Virus record (IMG/VR): IMGVR_UViG_3300043958_000209
Length of the DNA: 64,000 nt
Origin: an uncultured virus (IMG/VR IMGVR_UViG_3300043958_000209)
Lineage: Duplodnaviria; Heunggongvirae; Uroviricota; Caudoviricetes
Strand: one strand, 5' to 3'
Positions 48,374 to 57,830 of the stretch are shown here, piece after piece. Within the stretch, counting starts at the first letter, position 1. The number at the start of each line of letters is the position of its first letter. The position numbers were made by a program, and so were the translations under genes. Below the pieces are notes generated by a model. It searched no databases, was not told the DNA's origin, and worked only from the letters and a program-made list of their open reading frames with translations.

Positions 48374-48925
48374 TTACATTCCCTTTCTGGCCTGCAGGAG
48401 CCGTTCCATCACGTCGTCCTGGGGATTGAGCCCGCTGTATTCGGCGGAGCAGTTTTCCTTTACGATCTGAAAAATTTCATTCCACAGGCGGCTTGCCTGA
48501 TTCATGTAGTTGATGCCAATGTTGATGAAGGGTGAAGGGATCGGCTTCCCAGTCGTCGGATGCTTGCTCAGGTATCCGAGCCGAGTGGTCATCTCTTCAC
48601 ACTGAATCCATCTTGCAGAGCACATCGCGTATCGCTCCAGAAGCTGTGGAGATACCGCTTTTGCTACGCCGAGCTTATCCAGCCATTCCCATGTTTCCCG
48701 ATAGATATCACCGGCTTCCAGCGTGGAGCCGTCATGCTGTTTGGCAGATAGAAAGTCATGCGGGGTTGGCATGTCCTCGCCTTCGACATCCGGGATGTCC
48801 AGCACAGAGAGATCTCTGCCGCCTGGATTTCCGTTTTCGTATTTTTCTTTGACGGCGGTCTTTTTCCGGCCCGCACTGGGACGTCTGCCGCCGCGACCGC
48901 CTGTGTTATTCGATTTTGTCGGCAT
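48374..48925 (-). CDS. Terminase small subunit (P27-like)
   Basis: GGRRPSAGRK, RWIQCE, HPTTG, DDVMERLL. Confidence 0.85.
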   Translation of the reverse strand: MPTKSNNTGGRGGRRPSAGRKKTAVKEKYENGNPGGRDLSVLDIPDVEGEDMPTPHDFLSAKQHDGSTLEAGDIYRETWEWLDKLGVAKAVSPQLLERYAMCSARWIQCEEMTTRLGYLSKHPTTGKPIPSPFINIGINYMNQASRLWNEIFQIVKENCSAEYSGLNPQDDVMERLLQARKGM

Positions 48926-49070
48926 GATTTTCAACCGCCTCCTTTATTACCCGTTTGAAATCGCCTTTTTTGCACGCAAGAGGGGGCGCCGTTTTCCGGG
49001 GTCTAAAGCAACAGAGATGGAGATCACCCCTGCCGCACTGCATAAATGTTTTGCAATGTTTTACATAGTG

Positions 49071-49099
49071 TTGACACCTCTTGCATTCGAGATTATACT
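49071..49099 (+). promoter_or_regulatory. Sigma-A promoter of the relB-like gene
   Basis: TTGACA-17 bp-TATACT. Confidence 0.75.
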
Positions 49100-49130
49100 A
49101 TCCATAGCAACAAGAAAGGAGTGAAGAACT

Positions 49131-49406
49131 ATGTCTACTACCAATATCAATGTCCGAGTTGACTCTTCCCTCAAGCAGGAGGCTGAGGAACTTTTCAATG
49201 ACCTTGGTCTCAATATGTCCTCCGCCATTACGATGTTCTTAAAGAGCGCTGTCAGTCACGACGGCATTCCCTTTGAAGTGAAGCGTCTGACGCAGAACGT
49301 CGAAACGATGGCGGCTCTTTCTGAGTACAAAGCGATGAAGGAGAGCCCTGACCTTTACAAGTGCTACAATTCCTTTGAGGATTCGGTCAAGAACATAAGT
49401 GAATAG
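49131..49406 (+). CDS. RelB/DinJ-family antitoxin (no adjacent toxin)
   Basis: NINVRVDSSLKQEAEELFNDLGLNMSSAITMFL...GIPFEV. Confidence 0.88.
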   Translation: MSTTNINVRVDSSLKQEAEELFNDLGLNMSSAITMFLKSAVSHDGIPFEVKRLTQNVETMAALSEYKAMKESPDLYKCYNSFEDSVKNISE

Positions 49407-49445
49407 TGTTAAAAAAATGTTTCATGAAGGCAACGGTGAATAATT

Positions 49446-49844
49446 ATCAAAAAAATAAATATCATTCAAAATCTACTTTTATGGATAGGGCTATTTCTTT
49501 TAATATTAGTTATATTGGAACAGACCAATGTGATTAGCTTTGGGCGTTTCACACTAAATCCTTATGCCCCAACAACTACTGCTCAAATAAATTCTTATGA
49601 AAATCTTATAGTTTCACTATGTTTCTTAGGATATTTTTTTATAATTGCTTCACTGGTTATAAAAATATATAAATCGAAAACAAACATTGCCATCAAAGAT
49701 CTTCAAGGTAAAAATAGTACTCTCCTAAAGCTTTTACGTTTATTGTTAAAGATCATATGCGTGATACTCATTCTGTTAATAATCGCATTCTCCATCCTTA
49801 TTGTCATATTAAATTCCGTAAATGTTAGTAACATTCCAATTTAA
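49446..49844 (+). CDS. AT-rich three-TM membrane protein (start uncertain)
   Basis: The frame is open 23 codons upstream of the tracked TTG and adds a TM helix (KKINIIQNLLLWIGLFLLILVIL). It would begin at ATC. Confidence 0.5.
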   Translation: MKKINIIQNLLLWIGLFLLILVILEQTNVISFGRFTLNPYAPTTTAQINSYENLIVSLCFLGYFFIIASLVIKIYKSKTNIAIKDLQGKNSTLLKLLRLLLKIICVILILLIIAFSILIVILNSVNVSNIPI

Positions 49845-49888
49845 AAGAGGTCAACGACACTATTGGGGTATCGTTGACCTTCTCTCTA

Positions 49889-52204
49889 TTAATTGCTCGG
49901 ATTCTCCATGAAATCCGCAAACACATCTGCCAATATTTCAGCTTCCTCTTTTGTTGGCAATTTATCTGCTTTCGCAGCTTTAAGCAGTAAACTTGTATTT
50001 AGATTTTCAATCGCATAAAAATCAATTCCGTCCGCTAACTTTTTAAAAGCACTGATCACATTTTCTCTTGAAGAATCAAATCTTTCTTTGTAGAATCTCT
50101 TTATTCTATTAGCCTTACTGTTTTTGTAGGTCTCAGCTACACTATCCGAAAGATTGATTGTTCCCTTGCTTGCAATCAAATATGCATCTGCATCTCCCAG
50201 TACATCGTCAAATCCAAAGCCTTTACCATCTGTTTTATTTCCAAGATGTTGCCTTAACCAAGTTTTCAAATCTTGGTTCTTTGCTTCCTTATCATAAAAG
50301 CCCCAAATCTGAAGCAAATCCAGCGGCCATCCGCCCAAATCTCCTAAACTATAATCAGCCTTGTTATCTGAGAATCCCCAGTGGATATATCCCAAGATGG
50401 TAGCCGACATATGAGCGACATCAATACTTGTCACTTTTTCTTTGATGTCAGGTTGTTCAGCACAAGTAATCTGGCAGGCAGCTCTTGCCCCTGTTTCATT
50501 TTGATCTGTCCCAGTCTCAGGTGTATATAGCTGCCACAATCCAGCATAGCTGTCTCCCCAATATTCCGGTTTTCTGAGATATTCAAGAATTGCTCTTCCA
50601 ATGACATAATTGTATCCATACCAAGGTGACAAAATATTTTTAAAATTATTACTGCACGCCTTCTCTGTTACTTTTAGCCAGTTAATGAAACTAACCTCAT
50701 CTCCTGAATATTCTTCCTTTGGCAGAACAGAACTGCACGGCGGATTGTTCCCGCTAAAAGCAACTTTATCTAAATCCCAATTACCACCATATCCAGAAAT
50801 TTCATGAAATTGATCATAATTCCAGTTGTTAGGAATTGGAAAACCTAAGTTGCCGCTAAATCCAGTCGACATATCCGATACAAAACTTGTTATAGCATAT
50901 CCAGCCTTTGCCACTCTTGAACAAACATTTCTTGATGCATAAATACCAACGGAATATCTTGCATCAATCGTTTCATTGATCCCCCGGAAATAAGGAATAA
51001 TATTGCTGTCAATTTGATAGTCGTAAATATCCATATCCACTGCAAAATATATTACTGTAGACGGTATTCCTTTTTCTAATGCAGCTTTGCTGGCAATTTC
51101 CCCATGTTCACAACCTTTGGCGTATGTAAATTCATTAAGGTCTCTTCCGTTTTCCTGAAAAATCGGAAAATATTTCATTCCTCCATTTACAATCCTATTT
51201 AACTCGCCCTCTCTTGTTTCTTTAAACGATCCCCCAGTCAAATATCTGCCAACAATTTGATAACCATCAGATCTGAGTTTATTCAAAAATTCCGATGTGA
51301 CTTCAAATCGGGTATCGCACGCCGTTGCAGATCTATCTGGATTTCCCTTGCTGGTCAGCAATGACATCCATGTATCAGTGTCAATTTTCCCAGTGACTGA
51401 AATCTGATAATCATCTTGGAATTTGAATAAATTGTTTTCAAAATCACTATCCCATGTATTGTTCTGCGTACATGTATAGCCGATACAATTTAATGCGGAC
51501 TTGGCAAGCCATACCCAGCTTCCATTCAACGAAGCGTTGCCAGAATCAATTGTCTTCAGCTTACTTTTTGTTCCAGATCCAAAATTACCAGTAGCACCAC
51601 TCGGTGAATATCCTTCAAGCGATTGAAGCACCTGAATCAATGCTTTATTCATTTCTCTACCATATAAACCGTCTGTAGGAATAATCCCTGTGTAATTGCT
51701 GTATTTTCGATTTATTTCCTGCTGAATACTTCGTATGGAGGATTTACCGCCATACGATGATAGCAATACAAACTGCTGCATAGACAGCAGAGCCTTCATG
51801 ATATCAACTGTGACGGTAGAGTCGCCACCAATTCCCATGTCGGATTTTAATTTCTCGATGCCTTTTCCTGTCCCACCATAAAAGTTTTGAGTGATATGTG
51901 CTCCTGTAGAATACCCCTTGCACCAAAGTGCGCCTTGAATGACAGAATACACGTTTGATTTTGTTGTATCATTATCATTCTGCTGCCTGATTCCAGACGG
52001 CCACTTCTGAGAGAATAATCGCTGTGTACTGGGTCCGAAATTATTAGCTGTACTCTGAATTCCTAATTCAATCTGTAATGCACGCGTCAAGCCATAAATT
52101 GTTGGCCATCCTGTTTGCCCGTTTTCCGTAACACGCTGATATCTGCTGTCACTCCCATAAGTGTCGTTAAGCCACTGTTGCGTTTCCAAAACCATTTGAT
52201 CCAT
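49889..52204 (-). CDS. YbfG/BacA-like cell-wall hydrolase (peptidoglycan-binding repeats plus DUF1906 GH25-like domain)
   Basis: MDQMVLETQQWLN, ALQIELGI, IVGRYL, FPIFQ, IYFAVD, SFVSDMSTGFSGNLG. Confidence 0.8.
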   Translation of the reverse strand: MDQMVLETQQWLNDTYGSDSRYQRVTENGQTGWPTIYGLTRALQIELGIQSTANNFGPSTQRLFSQKWPSGIRQQNDNDTTKSNVYSVIQGALWCKGYSTGAHITQNFYGGTGKGIEKLKSDMGIGGDSTVTVDIMKALLSMQQFVLLSSYGGKSSIRSIQQEINRKYSNYTGIIPTDGLYGREMNKALIQVLQSLEGYSPSGATGNFGSGTKSKLKTIDSGNASLNGSWVWLAKSALNCIGYTCTQNNTWDSDFENNLFKFQDDYQISVTGKIDTDTWMSLLTSKGNPDRSATACDTRFEVTSEFLNKLRSDGYQIVGRYLTGGSFKETREGELNRIVNGGMKYFPIFQENGRDLNEFTYAKGCEHGEIASKAALEKGIPSTVIYFAVDMDIYDYQIDSNIIPYFRGINETIDARYSVGIYASRNVCSRVAKAGYAITSFVSDMSTGFSGNLGFPIPNNWNYDQFHEISGYGGNWDLDKVAFSGNNPPCSSVLPKEEYSGDEVSFINWLKVTEKACSNNFKNILSPWYGYNYVIGRAILEYLRKPEYWGDSYAGLWQLYTPETGTDQNETGARAACQITCAEQPDIKEKVTSIDVAHMSATILGYIHWGFSDNKADYSLGDLGGWPLDLLQIWGFYDKEAKNQDLKTWLRQHLGNKTDGKGFGFDDVLGDADAYLIASKGTINLSDSVAETYKNSKANRIKRFYKERFDSSRENVISAFKKLADGIDFYAIENLNTSLLLKAAKADKLPTKEEAEILADVFADFMENPSN

Positions 52205-52298
52205 ATTAACACCTCCATATAATGTATATTGATGAACCATCAGCTATTCAATTTTTGTCTTTACATAATAAACACCCCCTTTACTTCGAATTCCTTAG

Positions 52299-52658
52299 TC
52301 AGCAACGAATTTGTCTGTCACCCATCTCGAGATGGATTTTCGTGTGGCACGAACGACATAGACTCATGAGATTGCTCTCGTCGTTCGTTCCTCCCTCGGA
52401 GAGAGGAATGATGTGGTGGACTTCCTCGACCGCCACGTAGCGTCCTTCCTTCAGACACTGCTCACACAGCGGATGCTTGTGAACGTAGCGGTCACGGATT
52501 CGTTTCCATGCTCTGCCGTACCTCTTGCCGGAGGAGTAACCGCGCGTGAACTTCTCGTAGTGTCGCTGCATAACCTTGGCATGTTCTTCACAGTACAGAC
52601 CATCAGTCAGCTTCGGGCAGCCGGGGTAGCGGCACGGCCTTTTGGGTTTCCTTGGCAT
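52299..52658 (-). CDS. Packaging-associated HNH endonuclease
   Basis: MPRKPKRPC, PLCEQC, VHHIIPL, LCRSCH. Confidence 0.92.
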   Translation of the reverse strand: MPRKPKRPCRYPGCPKLTDGLYCEEHAKVMQRHYEKFTRGYSSGKRYGRAWKRIRDRYVHKHPLCEQCLKEGRYVAVEEVHHIIPLSEGGTNDESNLMSLCRSCHTKIHLEMGDRQIRC

Positions 52659-52818
52659 GGCCGCCGCCTCCTTCCTTGCATAACAAAAGCCCTGCAGTGT
52701 TTCCTGCAAGGCTTAGGGGCTGCGCGTGCAACCGTTCTTTATTCTGTTTCGCTGATTATATACTATCATAATGGCGGGGTGGACATCTTTGGACAAAGCA
52801 GGACATTTCGGGCGCATT

Positions 52819-53247
52819 TCATATAATGATGGGATGCTCCGGCAGAAAGGCATGCTGCAGAGCCTTGCCATGCCAGCGACGAATCGTGCGGGCGTCAGCA
52901 CAAAGCTCGATGCCGATCTGCTCCCAGGTTAGTCCATGAATGTAACGATACTTTAAAACCATGCGTTCATCCGTGTCCGGCACAGCCTCGATGACCTCAC
53001 GGATCTGTTTCTTTAGGTCGGAGAGGGTTTCAAGCTCTGCCGCGATCCTGTTTTCCAGATTCCACATCTTTTCCAGCGTCCGGATAAAGGGCGCGTCCGT
53101 AGATCGGGATGTCTGTACACGATCCTTGTCATATTGGATTGCCGACACGCTGCCAGCCATCACCCGGAGGTTCTGTACTTCCATCGTGTCAGACTTGATC
53201 TTCTGGTCAAGGCGATAAGCCTGATGAAGATATTCTTTTACGGTCAT
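52819..53247 (-). CDS. RinA/ArpU-like late transcription activator
   Basis: MTVKEYL, VLKYRYI, TWEQI, RWHGKAL. Located just before the packaging module. Confidence 0.8.
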   Translation of the reverse strand: MTVKEYLHQAYRLDQKIKSDTMEVQNLRVMAGSVSAIQYDKDRVQTSRSTDAPFIRTLEKMWNLENRIAAELETLSDLKKQIREVIEAVPDTDERMVLKYRYIHGLTWEQIGIELCADARTIRRWHGKALQHAFLPEHPIII

Positions 53248-53468
53248 TTTGACTTCGCCTCCTCTCGCAGCTTTTGTATCAGGTAGTCGCCGTCCACACT
53301 GGTGATGGTCTGATACCAGGCAGAATGGAAAAATCGTTCTATTTCCATCGCAGTGGACATGGCGTCTGTATTCTGCGGCTTTTTCTTCAGACGCTTTAAG
53401 GCATCCCGATAATCCTTCAATGCCTGCAGAACGATGGAATTGATAAGATTTTCATATGGCCTTGTCAT
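53244..53468 (-). CDS. Hypothetical phage protein
   Basis: Coupled to both neighbours. PYENL...ERFFHS motif. Confidence 0.7.
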   Translation of the reverse strand: MTRPYENLINSIVLQALKDYRDALKRLKKKPQNTDAMSTAMEIERFFHSAWYQTITSVDGDYLIQKLREEAKSK

Positions 53469-54820
53469 CGCGGCACCTCCAGATCCACCTTGACAGCATC
53501 AATCAAAGCGGACTGGGTCAGCTCCTTTTTGGAGAGTGCCTTCAGGATGCGTTCATCAATGGTGCCTTTGGTAATGATGTGCTGGATGACCACGGTATGA
53601 GACTGTTGGCCTTGCCGCCAGAGCCTTGCATTTGTCTGCTGGTATAATTCCAACGACCATGTAAGTCCGAACCAGACAAGCGTGGATCCACCCGCTTGCA
53701 GGTTTAGGCCGTGTCCGGCTGAGGCAGGATGAATGACTGCTACAGGAATCTTTCCCGCATTCCAGTCAGCAATGTCCCGACTTGTCTTGATTTCCCGGAC
53801 ATTGAAGCAATTCTTGATCCGGGCCAAATCATGCCGGAACCAGTAGGCCACCAGAAGCGACTTTTCATTGGCAGCCTCGATAATATCCTCCAAAGCGTCC
53901 AGCTTCCGGTCATGGAATTCCATGATCTCGCCGGTATCAGAATAAATGGCACCGTTCGCAAGTTGGGAGAGCTTCCCTGTCAGCGCGGCAGCATTTGTAG
54001 CGGTTATTTCGCCGTCCGGCAACTGCAGGATTAACTTCTGCTTTAAATTCTCGTATCGGTCACGCTCGGTATCCGAAAGCTCTACTTCATATTGCGTCGA
54101 AATGAGCTCTGGCATTTTCAGGTGGTCGGTGGACTTCATGGAAATCGTGATATCTGAAATCCTCCGGTAAATGGCATCTTCTGCGTAGGGCAGCGGTTTA
54201 TAGGAATAGATGATTTCGCCGTTTCGCTTGTCCGGGATAAAATAATTCATCCGGTACTGTGTGATAAAGCGTCCGAGGCGCTGTCCCATATCCAGCAGTT
54301 TGAATTCTGCCCACAGATCCATAAGTCCGTTGGAAGAAGGTGTGCCGGTAAGACCGATGATCCTGTGGATATAGGGACGTACCTTCATCAGGGATTTGAA
54401 GCGTTTTGCCTTGTTGTTTTTAAAGGATGAGAGCTCATCTATGATTACCATGTCAAAATCAAACGGGAATCCGGAATCGTCAATCAGCCACTGCAGGTTT
54501 TCGCGGTTGATGATTGTGATATCGGCGCTTTGCATCATGGCAGCTTTCCGTTCCTTGACAGTCCCGACTGCAACCGCATAGGTCAGACCCGAAAGGTGCG
54601 ACCATTTTTCTATTTCGGAAGGCCAGGTATCACGGGCAACTCGGAGAGGCGCTACCACAAGGACTCGATGGATTTCAAAGCTGTCAAATAGAAGGTCAAA
54701 GATCGCCGTCAGGGAGATGATCGTTTTTCCAAGACCCATATCTAACAGGACAGCCGCGATGGGGTGGGCCTCAATATATTGGATGGCATAAGCCTGATAA
54801 TCATGTGGTTCGAATTTCAT
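53465..54820 (-). CDS. SNF2-family helicase
   Basis: DMGLGKT, IIDELS, LTGTP, AGHGLNLQ, ARLWRQGQ. Confidence 0.92.
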   Translation of the reverse strand: MKFEPHDYQAYAIQYIEAHPIAAVLLDMGLGKTIISLTAIFDLLFDSFEIHRVLVVAPLRVARDTWPSEIEKWSHLSGLTYAVAVGTVKERKAAMMQSADITIINRENLQWLIDDSGFPFDFDMVIIDELSSFKNNKAKRFKSLMKVRPYIHRIIGLTGTPSSNGLMDLWAEFKLLDMGQRLGRFITQYRMNYFIPDKRNGEIIYSYKPLPYAEDAIYRRISDITISMKSTDHLKMPELISTQYEVELSDTERDRYENLKQKLILQLPDGEITATNAAALTGKLSQLANGAIYSDTGEIMEFHDRKLDALEDIIEAANEKSLLVAYWFRHDLARIKNCFNVREIKTSRDIADWNAGKIPVAVIHPASAGHGLNLQAGGSTLVWFGLTWSLELYQQTNARLWRQGQQSHTVVIQHIITKGTIDERILKALSKKELTQSALIDAVKVDLEVPR

Positions 54821-55082
54821 TCAGCATTCCTCCAATCTGCTCCGGGTTGTCAACGACATAGACCTTAAAGCCAAGCCGCTGAAGCAGCCGGTGCCTTGAG
54901 AGCTGGAGCTGGCGCGGCAATTTTCCCGGAGCCTTAAGTTCTGCAAAAGCGATATGGCCGTCAGGGAGTAAGATCAGACGGTCGGGCATTCCTGCAAATC
55001 CCGGAGACACGAACTTCGGTGCAATCCCACCGGCCTTTTTTACTGCCACTGTTAATCTGTTTTCTATCTGTTTCTCGTTCAT
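54801..55082 (-). CDS. VRR-NUC domain nuclease
   Basis: EKQIE, GMPDRL, FAELKAPG. Confidence 0.9.
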   Translation of the reverse strand: MNEKQIENRLTVAVKKAGGIAPKFVSPGFAGMPDRLILLPDGHIAFAELKAPGKLPRQLQLSRHRLLQRLGFKVYVVDNPEQIGGMLNEIRTT

Positions 55083-55119
55083 TGGTAACCTCCGTCAGGC
55101 GCTTAATTACTGGAAGGTG

Positions 55120-55210
55120 CAAGGTGTATCAATGGTATTTACTGAACTTTTTCTTATAGCTTTTTTTATTGCCCTAAGAGAGTTTTTATATAAGACCTTG
55201 ATACACCTTG
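55120..55210. repeat. 13-bp perfect inverted repeat around an AT-rich spacer (candidate phage origin)
   Basis: CAAGGTGTATCAA (55120-55132) and TTGATACACCTTG (55198-55210). Confidence 0.65.
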
Positions 55211-55223
55211 TCATTCAGGACTA

Positions 55224-57497
55224 TTACTGCAGAAAATCTTCCTCTGCACCGGTGTCCTCACGAATGCGCAGCCCTTTAAAAAAGCGCTTCCGATTGAGTG
55301 TCAGCCGTTCAAATCCGGCCTTCTCCAGCGCAAAATAGAAGTCCGCCGTACTGCGCACATATTCGTTGCAGTCCAGCGAGTAGTTGCGGTACGCCTGATA
55401 CAGCGACGAGGAGCTTTCCTTAAAGGAGTCATCCACCTCGCACTTCTCATCCAGAAAATGCCCGAACCAGTCGTTCTGGCTGCGGTATTCTTCAATGGCC
55501 TTCGTCACGCAGTCCGGGATCGGGATCTGGTAGCCCAGCGCAATTACCTTCTTGGCTCCTTCAATGACCCAGGCCAGAATGCTTTCACCGGCATTTTCAT
55601 ACAGGTACTCGCCGTAATTCTTGATGTCGGTCTTGCCCTCAATCTTGGCACCGAAGGGAATCACGATGAGCCTGCGCCAGATGCCGTCATCAGACGCGGA
55701 AACGCGCGGCAGGTGGTTGGTGTATAAAACCAGCGTGTGACAGGGCTTGAAGGAGAACGGGTCTTTGTATTTCTTTTCCGCGAACACTTCGTCTGTGGAG
55801 CAGAGTTGCTTGACGGTAGAATCATTGAGCCTTGCGCCTTCCTGCATTTCGGCAGCAATCAGAAGACGCTTGCCCTTGACCTCCGCCATTTCCGGTTTGA
55901 TGTTCCTGCGGCAGCCGACAGTCAGGGTATCTGCAGAGATGTTGCCACTGTAAAGGCCCAGCACGCGGGAGATGGCATTCCAGAAGGTTGACTTGCCGTT
56001 TCGACCGTCGCCGTAGGCAATAATGAGGGCTTCCACATAAACCTTGCCAATGGCTGCAAGGCCGCAGATCATCTGAACATAGTCAATCAGCTGATGGTCT
56101 TTCTGAAAGATGAGGCTTAAGTTATCAAGCCAGAGCTGCTGGCCCTTGATGCCGGGTGAAACCGAGGTGATCTTCGTAATAAAGTCATTTGCGGAATGCT
56201 CCCGCGCACCGGCCATTCCCTTTCTGAGGTCATAGGTTGCCTCCGGAGTACAGAGCAAAAAGCAGTCGGCATCCAGATCACGCGGCGAGATCTCCAGCAT
56301 TGGATGGGATTCCTTCAACGTGGATGTGATATTCTTTGAGTCCCGACGATGGACAGCGAAGCTCTGATATGCCTTGGCAGAGAGAAATTCCTGATAGGTT
56401 TCCATCTGGCCTTTGTTCATGAGCTGTTCAGCCTTGGCCTTGGAGGTGTTGTCCAGAATGTCCTGCGCTCCGCAGTTTTTTAGCTTTTGGGCTGCATCCA
56501 TCATTGCTTTTGATGATTCGTTCATCTGTCTGCGCGTCAGCTCATGAGCGACAGCTTGTGCGCCGGGCTCTGTTTCCTGCCAGTAGTGATCGCTGTAACG
56601 GATAAAGTGCGTGGACGGAGAGTAGCGGAGCTCGCCGGAGAAATATTTCGCCAGCACCTCGGCCTGACCGACATCGGAGAAATCCTCCGGCTTGTAGCTG
56701 TTTTCGTCGTTGTAGGCTTCGGGAGGAACATATCCGTCCTCCTTGCTGATCTTTAAATAAAAGCGCTGGGCGCTGTGCCAGATGGTAGAAAGTTCATTGT
56801 TATCCAGCGGTGGGACGCAAGTCGCGGCTTTTTCCAGAAAACTTTGATAGGCCTTTTCGGAATCACCGTATTTCTTGACGACAATACCGGCAAAGCGGGA
56901 CATGACAGCATTGCGGCTGCCTTCCGGGATAACTGCGTCTTTTTCATGCCCGCCGGGAAGGCCTGCATCGAACTCGTCGTCATTTAAAAATTCCGTGAGA
57001 TTCATGCGGCCAGGATAGAGCTCTACATTTGGCTCCTGTGTACCGAAAAAGAAGCGGGCAGCATCCAGAGCCTTCGTATCAAAATACGGGAAGATGGAAT
57101 TGACCAGCTTTTTCATGTCGCTGTAAAGGGTAGCATCTGTCATCCGGTCGATGGGAAAGAGCACATGGAACTTCGGCCTTGCGGGCTTTCCGTTTTTCTC
57201 ACGGTTATTGAAGCGGCTGTAGTGGATGGCAATACTCACGCCAGGAAATGCTTCCAGCACATCGGCAGGTGTGACCCAATCCTTTGGATCTTCCGAGTGA
57301 TCGTTATCACAGTCAACGGGCAGACAGTCGGCGGAGATGAAGTTTTCACCGTTGCGGTAGTGATTCTTGTATTCGGCGCAGACATAGTCATGACAGACAG
57401 CCTCTCTCAGGTTGTCCGTATCCATGACGACGGTCTTGTGCGGGTAGGAGCAGTTGCCGGGATTGCCGGTAAAATCAGCACTATAAAGTGTGAACAT
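55224..57497 (-). CDS. P4-family primase/helicase
   Basis: DCDND, EGSRN (PriCT-like), GDGRNGKST, GIWRRL. Confidence 0.9.
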   Translation of the reverse strand: MFTLYSADFTGNPGNCSYPHKTVVMDTDNLREAVCHDYVCAEYKNHYRNGENFISADCLPVDCDNDHSEDPKDWVTPADVLEAFPGVSIAIHYSRFNNREKNGKPARPKFHVLFPIDRMTDATLYSDMKKLVNSIFPYFDTKALDAARFFFGTQEPNVELYPGRMNLTEFLNDDEFDAGLPGGHEKDAVIPEGSRNAVMSRFAGIVVKKYGDSEKAYQSFLEKAATCVPPLDNNELSTIWHSAQRFYLKISKEDGYVPPEAYNDENSYKPEDFSDVGQAEVLAKYFSGELRYSPSTHFIRYSDHYWQETEPGAQAVAHELTRRQMNESSKAMMDAAQKLKNCGAQDILDNTSKAKAEQLMNKGQMETYQEFLSAKAYQSFAVHRRDSKNITSTLKESHPMLEISPRDLDADCFLLCTPEATYDLRKGMAGAREHSANDFITKITSVSPGIKGQQLWLDNLSLIFQKDHQLIDYVQMICGLAAIGKVYVEALIIAYGDGRNGKSTFWNAISRVLGLYSGNISADTLTVGCRRNIKPEMAEVKGKRLLIAAEMQEGARLNDSTVKQLCSTDEVFAEKKYKDPFSFKPCHTLVLYTNHLPRVSASDDGIWRRLIVIPFGAKIEGKTDIKNYGEYLYENAGESILAWVIEGAKKVIALGYQIPIPDCVTKAIEEYRSQNDWFGHFLDEKCEVDDSFKESSSSLYQAYRNYSLDCNEYVRSTADFYFALEKAGFERLTLNRKRFFKGLRIREDTGAEEDFLQ

Positions 57498-57826
57498 CAG
57501 TCATACACCTCCCCGGATTCATCTTCGAGCACCTTCGTGATAAATTTCAGCGCCCGGATCATGGTTTCCAGTTCGCAGTCGCCGCCGAGAGTGACTTCAA
57601 AACCGTTGCAGCCGTACTTGTCCATGAAAGGCGTGACATGAATATCCGTGCAGGTCTCATCGGAGATACGGAAATAGGTGCGGCTGCCATGCCCGGTGTC
57701 GCCGCCCTGATAGCCATTTGTCCCAGCTTCAACTTCGAGAATATTGGCGCTTACAACATCACGGGTATAGGTCGTGATTTCTGTGCCGTCCTGCAGCTTC
57801 CTGCGATTTTCTTTAACTTCATACAT
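57497..57826 (-). CDS. Hypothetical phage protein
   Basis: GGAGG RBS, EAGTNGYQGGDTGHG motif, coupled to the primase. Confidence 0.75.
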   Translation of the reverse strand: MYEVKENRRKLQDGTEITTYTRDVVSANILEVEAGTNGYQGGDTGHGSRTYFRISDETCTDIHVTPFMDKYGCNGFEVTLGGDCELETMIRALKFITKVLEDESGEVYD

Positions 57827-57830
57827 AGCG

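Noticed and set aside
48940..49035. Exact cos site
   Set aside because: The position upstream of the small terminase fits, but the cut site cannot be fixed from sequence alone
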